Part shown: in pieces, positions 21,563 through 32,116 of the stretch | Layout of the letters: each line of letters opens with the position of its first letter | How positions within the stretch are numbered: the stretch's first letter is position 1 | Assembly (NCBI GenBank): GCA_034530615.2 | Contig: JAVRCV020000007.1 | Span: 106,766-170,765, forward strand | Reading direction: 5' to 3' | Source of the DNA: Aulosira sp. ZfuVER01 | Lineage (GTDB): Bacteria; Cyanobacteriota; Cyanobacteriia; Cyanobacteriales; Nostocaceae | DNA length: 64,000 nt | Notes under the pieces: generated by a model | What the model saw: only the letters and a program-made list of their open reading frames with translations | What the model was told of the DNA's origin: nothing | Databases searched by the model: none | Made by a program: the position numbers and the translations under genes

Positions 21563-22171
21563 ATGTATTCTACAAGTCCTACCACAGAATCTTCTACTAC
21601 ATTAAATAATTCCATACTAAACGGACTGTTACCTCAAAAGATATTTGCCCGTCGGGAAGTGATTCCACCCCGGCATGAAGTACTCTGGAGAATTGAGCGG
21701 GGAGCGGTTCGTACCTTAACTTGGAGTGAAGATGGAACATTTATTACTCTGGGTTATTGGGGACCAGGCGATATCATTGGCTATCCCTTATCTAAAGTTA
21801 AACCTTATCAAATTGAATCTTTAACAAGCGTGGAAGTGAGTGTTTTACCACCACACCTTTGGTATCAAGATATAGACGCTTTATTATCCCACATTCAACA
21901 AGCTGAGGAGTTGTTAAGTATAGTACATCGTAAACCTATGGCAACACGCTTGTGGCAATTTTTAATTTGGTTAAGTGAAAAATTTGGTCGTGAAGTAGAA
22001 GATGGCAAACTGCTTGATCTAAATGTGACTCATCAGGAAATAGCAGAAGTTTTAAATACAACAAGAGTAACTGTTACCAGACTTTTACAGCAATTTGAAG
22101 AAGAAGGTCAACTTTTGCGCAAAAAACGACGGATGATTATTCGCTTACCTAATAAAGTCAGCACAAAATAA
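21563..22171 (+). CDS. Crp/Fnr-family transcriptional regulator
   Basis: cNMP-like domain and HTH THQEIAEVLNTTRVTVTRLL. Confidence 0.92.
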   Translation: MYSTSPTTESSTTLNNSILNGLLPQKIFARREVIPPRHEVLWRIERGAVRTLTWSEDGTFITLGYWGPGDIIGYPLSKVKPYQIESLTSVEVSVLPPHLWYQDIDALLSHIQQAEELLSIVHRKPMATRLWQFLIWLSEKFGREVEDGKLLDLNVTHQEIAEVLNTTRVTVTRLLQQFEEEGQLLRKKRRMIIRLPNKVSTK

Positions 22172-22317
22172 GGTAAGATAATCTTGATTTACTTGAACAA
22201 TTACCAATTCATTTTGGTAAAATCATTTTTGAATTAACTAAGTAGATTCCCCCATCTTAAAATTTTGGGTGATTTTTCTTAGGACTGAGTTTAGATAGGT
22301 GTGAGCGAGAAAAAACA

Positions 22318-23916
22318 ATGACAAAAGTATTCTGGGATCTGATAAAGGTTGGCCCCTTTGTTGTTGCGGCTACATTTTTGGCTGCCAATAGTACCTTGGT
22401 TGCTGAAGCCAACGAACCTGTAAATAGTGTGGCTCAGTTGTCACAAGACTCTAGCGGCATGGATCAAGTTACATCCGTTTCACAGTTTTCGGATGTACAG
22501 CCCACAGACTGGGCATTTCAAGCTTTACAATCCTTGGTTGAGCGCTACGGCTGTATAGCAGGTTATCCCAACGGTACTTATCGTGGTAATCGTGCTTTAA
22601 CCCGTTATGAATTCGCCGCTGGTTTGAATGCTTGTTTAGACAGAGTTAACGAGCTGATTGCTACAGCTACTAGCGATCTCGTAACTAAACAAGATTTAGC
22701 GACTCTACAGCGCTTACAAGAAGAATTTTCTGCTGAATTAGCGACTCTGCGCGGTCGTGTGGATGCTTTAGAAGCTCGTACTGCTGAACTAGAAGCCAAT
22801 CAATTCTCCACTACCACCAAGTTGCAAGGGGAAGCGATTTTTAGTGTGTCTCAGCCTTTTGGTGACACCAGAGCTGATAATGGCAACGACTTAGATGCCA
22901 ATACAGCCTTCTCTGACCGGGTTCGTTTGAGCTTATTAAGCAGTTTCTCTGGGAAAGACCAGTTGCAAATCCGTTTGCAAGGTCGCAACACTATCTCTAA
23001 TGCGGGTGTAACTGGTACCAACATGACCCGTTTGGGCTATGACGGAGGTACTAATAACAGCGTTGAAATTGATAAAATCAACTATGCTTTCAACCTCAGC
23101 GATGCAGTACGGATCAAGATTGATGCTACTGGTGCTGAGTTGAATGAGAACGTGACCACCTTCAACCCTGACTTTGCTAGCTCTGGTAAAGGTGCGCTAT
23201 CCCGTTATGGACGCTTCAGCCCCATCTATCGTCAAGCTGGAGACGGGGCTGGTATAACTGTGAACTTCCTTCCTAAGGGACCTTTGACCTTGAGTGCAGC
23301 TTATTTCGCTCAAGCTCAAGGAGCAATAAGTAGTCCTAACAATCCGGCTGATGGTAATGGGTTATTTGATGGTAGTAATACCTTTTTTGGTCAGGTAGCT
23401 TTCAAGCCCAGCCAAGTTTTGAATGTTGGGTTTAGCTATGCCCGCACTTATCAAAGGACTCCCAACCTCTTCCAAGGTACAGGAAGTGCCTTTGCGAATA
23501 ATCCCTTTACTGCTGCCGATCGTGTTGAAGCCAACCATTATGGTGTCGAAGCTACCTTCCAACCCAGTCCTAAGTTGGCTTTGAGTGGTTGGGCAGGTTA
23601 CACAACTGCTGATGCTGTCACTGGTGCTGACAGAAGTGCAGATGCTTGGTATTGGGCTGCTTCACTAGGCTTACGAGACCTGGGTAGTAAAGGTAATGTC
23701 TTAGGTGTGATTTTCGGGCAACCACCTAAAGTAACTGGCGGTAGCGGTGGTATTGCTTCCGAACCCAGTACTTCTTACCATTTAGAGGGTCTCTACAAGA
23801 TGAACATATCTGATAATATTCAAATCACCCCTGGTTTGTTGGTGATCTTTAATCCAGAGCACAAAGACAGCGACAACATTTACGTAGGTACTCTTCGTAC
23901 CACTTTCAGCTTCTAA
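22318..23916 (+). CDS. SLH-domain outer-membrane porin (cyanobacterial OprB/SomA type)
   Basis: FSDVQPTDWAFQALQSLVERYGC, FSTTTKL, C-terminal GTLRTTFSF. Confidence 0.95.
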   Translation: MTKVFWDLIKVGPFVVAATFLAANSTLVAEANEPVNSVAQLSQDSSGMDQVTSVSQFSDVQPTDWAFQALQSLVERYGCIAGYPNGTYRGNRALTRYEFAAGLNACLDRVNELIATATSDLVTKQDLATLQRLQEEFSAELATLRGRVDALEARTAELEANQFSTTTKLQGEAIFSVSQPFGDTRADNGNDLDANTAFSDRVRLSLLSSFSGKDQLQIRLQGRNTISNAGVTGTNMTRLGYDGGTNNSVEIDKINYAFNLSDAVRIKIDATGAELNENVTTFNPDFASSGKGALSRYGRFSPIYRQAGDGAGITVNFLPKGPLTLSAAYFAQAQGAISSPNNPADGNGLFDGSNTFFGQVAFKPSQVLNVGFSYARTYQRTPNLFQGTGSAFANNPFTAADRVEANHYGVEATFQPSPKLALSGWAGYTTADAVTGADRSADAWYWAASLGLRDLGSKGNVLGVIFGQPPKVTGGSGGIASEPSTSYHLEGLYKMNISDNIQITPGLLVIFNPEHKDSDNIYVGTLRTTFSF

Positions 23917-23977
23917 AATTGGTTAGAGGTTAGTAGCAATGCTAAAAGTGCTACTAATTTACTAGCTATAAAAATTT

Positions 23978-23999
23978 AACCCGCCAAAGGGCGGGTTTT
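23978..23999 (+). terminator. Intrinsic terminator after porin
   Basis: AACCCGCC-AAAG-GGCGGGTTTT. Confidence 0.85.
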
Positions 24000-24016
24000 G
24001 ATTTGGGAAAAAATTG

Positions 24017-24277
24017 CTATGTGGGCTGAATATCTCGCTGATTAGACAGATCTGTTGGCGGACGATCGCTACTCCAACCCCACCACGCAAAACTACAGTG
24101 ACAATTGTAGAACTCTTGCCATTTACGGCGATGGTCTTCTGTCATCACAGGCGATCGCCTATTAATCCAAACTTCTACAGCTTCTCGGCTACTTGAGTTG
24201 CAATTAGGACAGCAAAACTGATGAGCATGAATTGCTTTATTTGTCCATTCAGGCGGGGTAGTAGCAAAAGCGTCCAT
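24017..24277 (-). CDS. Small hypothetical protein with CPxC...CxC (possible Zn ribbon)
   Basis: MDAFATTPPEW...CCPNC...WQEFYNCHC...WWGWSSDRPP. Confidence 0.7.
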   Translation of the reverse strand: MDAFATTPPEWTNKAIHAHQFCCPNCNSSSREAVEVWINRRSPVMTEDHRRKWQEFYNCHCSFAWWGWSSDRPPTDLSNQRDIQPT

Positions 24278-24374
24278 GTATGTCAGAAGTGAATCGCAAA
24301 TCAAAGGTTAGCACAAAAAGTTAATTTTTTGCATAATTAAATACTATGCATAATCATGGCTGATCGTTAAATTT

Positions 24375-24980
24375 ATGGAGCCAAACGCTGAAATTCGTCG
24401 TTTACTAGATGTAATGCCTGCTTCTGGGCGGATGATTGCAAAGATTGTTAGCAAGCCAGAACAGGCAAAGGTAATTGACGCTTTTTTTCCTCTTCCTTGG
24501 AACCAAGAGCGACCAATATATATTAATTTCGATTTGTGGTTTCGTTTGACAAAATCACAAAGAGATTTACTGCTGTTGCAAATGGTTAGTTGGTTGACGG
24601 GGGTGAAGTGGTTCAAACCCAATATTTATCAAGGCTTAGTACTGGTAGGGCTTTTGGGTGGATTAGTAGAATCATCACAGTCTGATGTCGTGGGTGTAGC
24701 GATCGCAGTAGGATTAAGTGCGATCGCTAGTTTTCGCATCTGGCGTACCAATAAATCTTCAGAGTTAGAATTAAATGCTGATATAGCTGCAATTCGCATC
24801 GCAGGGCGGCGGGGTTACTCCGAAGCTGAAGCCGCAGAGTATTTGTTATCTGCAATTGAAGAAGTAGCTAAGATTGAAGGACGTTCTGGTTTAAATTTTA
24901 CCGAATTGATCCGTTGCCAAAACTTAAGAGCGATCGCTGGTTTATCATCTGTGGGGATACCGGGAAGTTATACAAATTAG
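24375..24980 (+). CDS. DUF3318-family membrane protein
   Basis: EIRRLLDVMPASGRM, two TM segments, ELIRCQNLRAIA. Confidence 0.75.
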   Translation: MEPNAEIRRLLDVMPASGRMIAKIVSKPEQAKVIDAFFPLPWNQERPIYINFDLWFRLTKSQRDLLLLQMVSWLTGVKWFKPNIYQGLVLVGLLGGLVESSQSDVVGVAIAVGLSAIASFRIWRTNKSSELELNADIAAIRIAGRRGYSEAEAAEYLLSAIEEVAKIEGRSGLNFTELIRCQNLRAIAGLSSVGIPGSYTN

Positions 24981-26255
24981 CTATTTAACGTCAGTTACCC
25001 GCCAGCTAAGTTTTAAGTTCACCCAGAAATTCCAGATGGTAGCAACTGCGATCGCAATCAAGTTAGCAATGTAGCGGTTGGGAATGAGGAAATTAAATAC
25101 TAGATTCAAAATCAGCACATTTAAGACTAATCCAGCCAAGCAAATTAAATTGAATTTCAAAAAGCGCTTCAAACGTTGACGCCATTCCTGCTGCTTCATG
25201 GAGACATCAGCAAAAGTCCAAGCGTCATTCCACAAAAAATTATTAAAAATTGCAATTTCACCAGCAATGATTTTGCTGCGAGTCAAGGGTAAAGCTAGGG
25301 TTGTGGGGTCGCTGAGTAAATAAAGTACTGCCATATCCACAAATACTCCACTTAATCCCACCAATCCAAAACGGAGGAATCGACTAATAGGGAAACCAAT
25401 GTCTTGACTGAATTTTTCTAACTTTCCTGTGGCTTGGCTAACTCGCCGCAAACGTCCTGTGGAAAGCCGCAACCGCAGTAGGTGGTGTAAATAATCGACA
25501 TATTGCTTCCACGTCACTTTGCTTTCGCCTTCTTTGCGTTCGCAGAACACATAGCCTACTTCCGCAATTTCCCGCACCTTTCCTCGCCCAATTACCTCTA
25601 GGAGAATTTTGTATCCTACTGGATTGAGGATTGCTTTGGCGATCACATTTCGACGCACCATAAAATAACCACTCATCGGGTCAGAAACTCTTCCCAGTAC
25701 TCCAGGTAAGATAATCAATCCCAAAACTTGAGCGCCACGAGACAAGAACCGCCTCACAATACTCCAACTACTGACACCGCCTCCATCGACATGACGGCTA
25801 GCTACTGCCAAATCCGCACCTTGCTCAATCTCAGCCAATAATTGCGTTAATACCTCTGGTGGATGCTGTAAATCTCCATCAATCACTCCTAGAATACTTC
25901 CCCTTGCTGCTTGCCACCCCCGAATCACCGCCGAGGACAGCCCTCGTTCGTGTTGGCGTCGCATGACCTGTAATTGCGGGTATTGCTCTATGAGGGCTTG
26001 TGCTACTTCCCAAGTGCGATCTGGACTATCATCATCCACCACAATCAGTTCATACTGTCCGGGAATAGACTCATCCAACAACTGGCTTAATACCTTAACT
26101 ACATTCGTGATATTATCGCGCTCTTTGTAAGTGGGAATTACTAAGGAAAGCAGGATAGCTTCTGGATTAGTATCTGCAATCTTAGAAGGCAATTCAGATA
26201 TCTGTAATTTACCAGTTGGTACTGATAATAATGAATTATCTTGGCTGTGACTCAT
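24981..26255 (-). CDS. Polyprenol-phosphate glycosyltransferase (GT2, DPM1-like) fused to GtrA flippase domain
   Basis: LVIPTYKE, VVDDDSPD, DGDLQHPPE, DPMSGYF; C-terminal RFGLVGLSG...NNFLWND...WNFWVN. Confidence 0.9.
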   Translation of the reverse strand: MSHSQDNSLLSVPTGKLQISELPSKIADTNPEAILLSLVIPTYKERDNITNVVKVLSQLLDESIPGQYELIVVDDDSPDRTWEVAQALIEQYPQLQVMRRQHERGLSSAVIRGWQAARGSILGVIDGDLQHPPEVLTQLLAEIEQGADLAVASRHVDGGGVSSWSIVRRFLSRGAQVLGLIILPGVLGRVSDPMSGYFMVRRNVIAKAILNPVGYKILLEVIGRGKVREIAEVGYVFCERKEGESKVTWKQYVDYLHHLLRLRLSTGRLRRVSQATGKLEKFSQDIGFPISRFLRFGLVGLSGVFVDMAVLYLLSDPTTLALPLTRSKIIAGEIAIFNNFLWNDAWTFADVSMKQQEWRQRLKRFLKFNLICLAGLVLNVLILNLVFNFLIPNRYIANLIAIAVATIWNFWVNLKLSWRVTDVK

Positions 26256-26461
26256 GAGAGTAAAATCCAGTTATGGCAAGGTATATAAAAAGCGAGCTAT
26301 TGGAGGAAATTAATTTAATTTTATTACCAATTTACACTATTGTTAGTACTCCTGATTTCCGCTTATTTATATTTTCTTCAATTCTTCAGATTTTACGTAA
26401 ATTTTCCCAGGTTTAACTTTATCTTCAATGTTAATTTAAATAAAACATTTTAGTAAAGAAT

Positions 26462-28414
26462 ATGTTTGGTATTTTGCCCATAATATCTTGGCTGCTTCTT
26501 TTTCTAATCTTTAACCAAAATTGCCAAGATTGGCGTAAAGCATTTATATCAACTTCTATTTTCTGGGGGCTTATCCTCGTTTGCTTCACCGAAGTTTTAA
26601 GTTATTTTCAAATAATTACCTTTAATTGTTTATTCACTACCTGGCTATTATTAAATATTACGCTAGCTTATATATATTTTTTCCGCTTAAAAAATCCCAT
26701 AGCTATAATTCCACAACAAAATAGTATTTTGCAATTAGAAAACTATGTAAAGATTAAATCTTCTTTCGCACTATTATTATTTGGTATATGTTTTGTTGTT
26801 GCCACAGTTGGCTTAATTTCTATTATAGCACCGCCTAATAATTGGGACTCAATGGATTATCACATGGCTCGTGTTGTCCATTGGATGCAAAATCATAGTA
26901 TTTCTCATTATCCAACAAGTTATACACCACAGCTATATCAGAACCCTTGGTCAGAGTTTGTAATTCTGCACTTTCAAATTTTGAGTGGTGATGATTACTA
27001 TGCCAACTTAGTTCAATGGTTTAGTATGATTGGTTGCATACTAGGAGTCTCATTAATTGCAAAACAATTAGGTACAGATTTACGCGGTCAGCTGTTTGCG
27101 GCGGTTACTAGTGCAACGATTCCTATGGGAATTTTACAAGCATCAAGTACTCAAAATGATTATGTACTTGCCTTTTGGCTAATTTGTATAGCTTATTATG
27201 TGCTGCTTGTAGCACAAGAAGGCGCAAGAAGTAGCCCAGCTACTTCATTTTTGATCGGAAGTAGTTTAGGACTAGCTATTTTAACTAAGGGCACAGCTTA
27301 TTTTTACGTGTTGCCATTTTTGATTTTGTTGAGTTTTTATGAAATTAAATACTTACGTTTTAAAGTATGGCAGCCTGCATTGATTGTAGGCAGTTTAGCT
27401 TTATCATTAAATCTTCCTCACTATTTACGTAATTATAATTTATTCGCTTCACCGCTTGGTGAACCAAGTTCCTATAAGAATGAGATACTTGGTGTAAATA
27501 TTCTAATTTCAAATATTTTAAGAAATTTAGCACTGCATATAGGAACTCCAATTGGTTTATGGAATGGAATCGCCAATAAAATAATTAAAATCCTCCATAT
27601 TTTCTTAGGTATAGATGTTAGCGATCCACGGATAACTTTCTCTAAAACTTTCTTTGTTCCAGGCGGCTGGTCAACACTTGGTATCCCAGGTAATGAAAAT
27701 AGTGCTGGCAATTTCTTACATCTATGCATAATAATTTTATGCATACTTATCTTTATTAAAAAGAAGAGTTATAAAAATCACGAGTATGTTTTACCCTATA
27801 CAATTACTGTTTTAGGTACATTTTGCATATTTTGCTATTTGGTAAAATGGCAAGCGTGGAATAGTCGTCTACATTTGCCACTGTTTGTACTTTTATCTCC
27901 ATTTGTTGGGGTAGTACTATCTAAACTGGAAAAAAGAAAAGTAGCAACTTGCTTAGTAATAATTATGTTAATTTCATCCTTGACATGGCTATTTTTTAAC
28001 AGATATAAACCTATATTTGGTAACTATAATATATTTCAAACTAGTAGAATTGAGCAATATTTCAGCAATAGACCGTACCTTAAAGATCCATATATAGGAG
28101 CAGTTGAATTTTTGCAATCAAAAAACTGCTCAAAGATTGGACTTTCACTGGGTAATGACCCTTGGGAGTATCCTTATTGGATACTTTGGCAGCAGGTTAA
28201 GAAAGATACGATCGCAATGCAACATATCAATGTCACCAATATTTCGGCTAAAAAAAATGAGGAATATCCTTATAAAGATTTTGTTCCCTGCGGGATAATT
28301 TCTATGGAAACTAAAAGAAGTAAACAAGAAAAGTCTCAAGAGATGACTGTCAAAAACACAACTTATATTCGAGCCTCCGATTTTCCCCCAGTTGGCATTT
28401 TTATCCCAAAATAG
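26462..28414 (+). CDS. GT-C fold (GT39/ArnT-like) multi-TM glycosyltransferase
   Basis: PPNNWDSMDYH, STQND, GLAILTKGT; many TM segments; AT-rich. Confidence 0.75.
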   Translation: MFGILPIISWLLLFLIFNQNCQDWRKAFISTSIFWGLILVCFTEVLSYFQIITFNCLFTTWLLLNITLAYIYFFRLKNPIAIIPQQNSILQLENYVKIKSSFALLLFGICFVVATVGLISIIAPPNNWDSMDYHMARVVHWMQNHSISHYPTSYTPQLYQNPWSEFVILHFQILSGDDYYANLVQWFSMIGCILGVSLIAKQLGTDLRGQLFAAVTSATIPMGILQASSTQNDYVLAFWLICIAYYVLLVAQEGARSSPATSFLIGSSLGLAILTKGTAYFYVLPFLILLSFYEIKYLRFKVWQPALIVGSLALSLNLPHYLRNYNLFASPLGEPSSYKNEILGVNILISNILRNLALHIGTPIGLWNGIANKIIKILHIFLGIDVSDPRITFSKTFFVPGGWSTLGIPGNENSAGNFLHLCIIILCILIFIKKKSYKNHEYVLPYTITVLGTFCIFCYLVKWQAWNSRLHLPLFVLLSPFVGVVLSKLEKRKVATCLVIIMLISSLTWLFFNRYKPIFGNYNIFQTSRIEQYFSNRPYLKDPYIGAVEFLQSKNCSKIGLSLGNDPWEYPYWILWQQVKKDTIAMQHINVTNISAKKNEEYPYKDFVPCGIISMETKRSKQEKSQEMTVKNTTYIRASDFPPVGIFIPK

Positions 28415-28498
28415 CAGGCTGAGGATAATTGCACCGAAAATATTAAGTTTTACTGACAAAATTAAGAAAGGAATTATTTAGTATTTTCGAGATTTAAT

Positions 28499-29638
28499 GT
28501 GGTGATAACTGCTTTTGACGCTATTCTTGACCGTGCCCTGCTGGGATACGATATATCTCCCGCAGAGGGAGTGGTATTGTTAAACCAAACAGATCCAGAG
28601 GCGATCGCTGCTATTCAAAACACAGCTGACAAACTCCGCCGCATTCAAGCCAGTGATACAGTCACCTATGTAATCAACCGCAATATTAACTTTACTAACA
28701 TCTGCGAGCAGCACTGTAGTTTTTGTGCTTTTCGGCGTGATGATGGTGATGATGGTGCTTACTGGTTAGATTGGGCGCAAATTTTGGAGAAAGCCACAGA
28801 TGGAGTGCGGCGAGGGGCGACGGAAATCTGTATGCAAGGGGGATTGAACCCTCAAGCTCAAGTCAATGGTAAATCTTTGCCTTATTATCTCAAGTTGGTG
28901 GAAACGATCAAGCAAGAATTTCCTCAACTACACTTGCACGCTTTCTCGCCCCAGGAAGTGCAATTTATCGCCAGAGTTGATGGACTTACTTATGCAGAAG
29001 TAATTGCAGCTTTGCTGGATGCTGGTGTAGGCTCAATGCCAGGAACAGCAGCTGAGGTGTTGGATGATGAGGTGCGGCGGGTACTGTGTCCAGAGAAGAT
29101 TGACACGGCTACTTGGCTAGAAATTGTCACTACAGCCCATCAATTAGGCTTGCACACCACCAGCACCATGCTATCGGGGCATATCGAAAGTCCAGAACAG
29201 CAAATAGGACATTTAGAAAAATTGCGATCGCTCCAAAAAACTGCGATCGATAACAACTTTCCAGCAAAAATTACTGAGTTTATTTTATTACCATTTGTGG
29301 GGCAAGAAGCACCCAAACCCTTACGTCGGCGTGTGGGACGCGATCAACCAGTTTTAGGTAATAGCTTACTACTGACTGCTGTAGCACGGATTTACTTAGG
29401 TAATTGGATTCCCAATCATCAGCCGAGTTGGGTAAAGCTGGGGTTGGCTGGTGCTAAAGAAGCTTTAGTTTGGGGTTGCAATGATATCGGTGGCACATTG
29501 ATGGAAGAACACATTACCACAATGGCAGGAGCCTTGGGTGGGACATCAATGGAAGTAGAAACATTACAAATTGCGATCGCTTCGTTAGGACGACCTTACC
29601 AACAAAGAAACACTTTGTATCAAAAAGTTATGAATTAA
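28499..29638 (+). CDS. cofH: FO synthase subunit CofH (radical SAM)
   Basis: [43 protein letters not shown]. Confidence 0.93.
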   Translation: MVITAFDAILDRALLGYDISPAEGVVLLNQTDPEAIAAIQNTADKLRRIQASDTVTYVINRNINFTNICEQHCSFCAFRRDDGDDGAYWLDWAQILEKATDGVRRGATEICMQGGLNPQAQVNGKSLPYYLKLVETIKQEFPQLHLHAFSPQEVQFIARVDGLTYAEVIAALLDAGVGSMPGTAAEVLDDEVRRVLCPEKIDTATWLEIVTTAHQLGLHTTSTMLSGHIESPEQQIGHLEKLRSLQKTAIDNNFPAKITEFILLPFVGQEAPKPLRRRVGRDQPVLGNSLLLTAVARIYLGNWIPNHQPSWVKLGLAGAKEALVWGCNDIGGTLMEEHITTMAGALGGTSMEVETLQIAIASLGRPYQQRNTLYQKVMN

Positions 29639-29742
29639 AAGTGGCAGTTAACAACCCATAATTCAGCACTTAGCACTTTGAATGATCCCCGAGATACCAT
29701 TCCAAGATACTATGGACGTTGATTTATGCGTTGTTTCAGTAA

Positions 29743-30144
29743 ATGCTTATGAAGCGCTATTGGTCGCGTCTGCTTGCCCTGGTTTTAGTTGTAGCCATCA
29801 GCTTAATGGGCTGTTCTAGTCCTGATAGTTTGACAGGGGATTATCGTCAAGACACCTTAGCGGTAGTCCAGATTTTGAGAAACGTTCTAGAGTTATCAGA
29901 AGATTCACCAAATAAAGCAGCAGTTCAAGCAGAAGCGCGTCAAAAAATAAATGACTTTTCAGCTCGCTACCAGCGGGCTAACTCTGTTTCTGGTCTTAGT
30001 TCCTTTACTACGATGCGAACAGCCTTAAACTCTCTAGCAGGACATTACAGTTCTTACCCAAATCGTCCTGTACCACAAAAGCTCAAAGATCGCTTAGAAC
30101 AGGAGTTCAATCAAGTAGAGGCGGCGCTGAGGCGCGGTGCTTAA
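29743..30144 (+). CDS. psb27: Photosystem II assembly lipoprotein Psb27
   Basis: Lipobox LMGC, LTGDYRQDT, SFTTMRTALNSLAGHY. Confidence 0.96.
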   Translation: MLMKRYWSRLLALVLVVAISLMGCSSPDSLTGDYRQDTLAVVQILRNVLELSEDSPNKAAVQAEARQKINDFSARYQRANSVSGLSSFTTMRTALNSLAGHYSSYPNRPVPQKLKDRLEQEFNQVEAALRRGA

Positions 30145-30152
30145 CTGTCAAT

Positions 30153-30199
30153 AAAGCAGAGTCAAGAGTCTCAACTTGATTGAGGCTCTTAGCTGCTTT
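30153..30199 (+). terminator. Hairpin terminator after psb27
   Basis: AAGAGTCTCAA/TTGAGGCTCTT inside AAAGCAG/CTGCTTT. Confidence 0.6.
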
Positions 30200-30610
30200 G
30201 TTAAGTTTAGTTGAATCAGGTAAATAACTTTTAAATTTTGCAATTTTATTTATATATATGCCAGGGTATTATCATTGACAACAAAGCAAATAACCAGAAA
30301 TGGGGAATTACTTGAGCATCTCTTAAAACTTAAATAAATAACAAAATGCGGCAACAGAAATAGGGGTTTGAGAGTCTTGAAAAAATAGGCTTCAAAACCT
30401 CTATTTTTTAAATAAAGAATTTGATACCCATCAGCCTCAGCTTTTGTAATTTGAGGTTGATAAGCAGACCTGTTGTACAAGTGCTGTTGGCAAAAGATCG
30501 GAAAAGGTTTATGGGGAAAGTACAATTTCCATCCTTTAGACTTGACTTTATCTTTACCGTTTACCTAACTTTTACAAGAAGTCTACTGTTTTGCCCTGCT
30601 ACCTTGAAGT

Positions 30611-32110
30611 ATGTTTAACCGTCCCTTGAAAGTTACAAAATCAAATTTATTTATCAGGCGTCTAATAGCTACCGTTTTCAGTAGTAGTCTATTGATTCCC
30701 AATTTTGGGAGCCAACCAGCACAGGCGCAAGTTCAAGAATATTGCCAGTTATCCCCAAAAGCAGTCAAAGAAAAAGATAATTTACGTCTTGCAGCGCTCA
30801 GAGGCAATGCAGATGCCCAAAAGCGTTACCAGCAGATATTAAAACAACATGGACAGGAAATAAAGGAATGCCGTAATCGTACCTGGCCGCAAAACCAAGC
30901 AATTTGGTTGCGCTTGTATCCTTGTGACATTAATCCCGGTTTACTCGACCAAATCATGGATCGAATTGTTAACCTTGGCTATAACCAAGTTAATTTAGAA
31001 GTGTTTTATGATGGGCGGGTACTTTTGCCAGCAGCAGCTAACCCCACAATTTGGCCTTCTGTGATCCGTACCCCAGGTGCAGAAAAGGCAGATCTACTGG
31101 CAAATGCGATTCAAAAAGGGCGACAACGGGGTTTGAAAGTTTACGCCTGGATGTACACTATCAATTTTGGTTATAGCTACGCCCAGCGTCGAGATAGAGA
31201 AGCAGCGATCGCACGCAATGGCAAAGGTCAAACCAGCTTATATGTTGTAGATAACGGCACTCCTGTGTTTATCGACCCATATAACGAACAAGCAAAACGT
31301 GACTACTATCAAATAGTGCAGGAGGTGCTGCGCCGTCGCCCTGATGGGATATTATTTGACTATGTGCGCTATCCGCGTCAAACCGGAACTGATTCGATCG
31401 CCACCAAAGTCACAGACTTATGGCTATTTAGTTCAGCAACTCAAGAAGCTTTATTTCGACGCGCCCAAAATAACAAAGGACTAGACTTAATTCGCCGCTT
31501 TTTAAGTAAAGGATATGTAACCGCAGCCGATATTGCGGAAGTCGATCAACTTTATCCTCAAGAAGGAGAAGCCTTGTGGCAAGGCCGCACTTTATCAGCA
31601 GCCCAAAAATCTCTTCTCAATCCCATCGATAAACAACCGCTTTTGCAATGGGATTTATGGCAGCTTGCTGTTGCTCATGCCATGCAAGGTATCCTAGATT
31701 TTGTAGCTTTAGCAACTTATCCAGCACAAAAATTAAGTATTCCTGCGGGGGTAGTATTTTTCCCTGAAGGGAACCAACTTTTAGGACAAGGGTATGATTC
31801 TCGCTTACAGCCTTGGGATCGATTCCCTAGTACTTTACAATGGCATCCGATGGCTTATGCCACTTGCGGTGATGTCAATTGTATTGTGTCCCAAGTACAA
31901 CGGGTTTTGAGTATGGCAAAACCTGGTACGCAAGTGATTCCAGCCTTAGCGGGTAAATGGGGAGACTCAATTAGCAATCGCCCATCTCTAGAAGCACAAA
32001 TGCAAGCACTGCGACAATTTGCCCCCCAAATCAAAGGAGTAAGCCATTTTGCCTATTCTTGGCAATATCCTGAAAATGATAGCGATCGCAAGTTTTGCCG
32101 CAATCAATGA
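30611..32110 (+). CDS. Secreted GHL10/DUF187-like glycoside hydrolase protein
   Basis: Signal peptide (AQAQ), GYNQVNLEVF, GLKVYAWM, DGILFDYVRYP. Confidence 0.75.
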   Translation: MFNRPLKVTKSNLFIRRLIATVFSSSLLIPNFGSQPAQAQVQEYCQLSPKAVKEKDNLRLAALRGNADAQKRYQQILKQHGQEIKECRNRTWPQNQAIWLRLYPCDINPGLLDQIMDRIVNLGYNQVNLEVFYDGRVLLPAAANPTIWPSVIRTPGAEKADLLANAIQKGRQRGLKVYAWMYTINFGYSYAQRRDREAAIARNGKGQTSLYVVDNGTPVFIDPYNEQAKRDYYQIVQEVLRRRPDGILFDYVRYPRQTGTDSIATKVTDLWLFSSATQEALFRRAQNNKGLDLIRRFLSKGYVTAADIAEVDQLYPQEGEALWQGRTLSAAQKSLLNPIDKQPLLQWDLWQLAVAHAMQGILDFVALATYPAQKLSIPAGVVFFPEGNQLLGQGYDSRLQPWDRFPSTLQWHPMAYATCGDVNCIVSQVQRVLSMAKPGTQVIPALAGKWGDSISNRPSLEAQMQALRQFAPQIKGVSHFAYSWQYPENDSDRKFCRNQ

Positions 32111-32116
32111 TAGATG

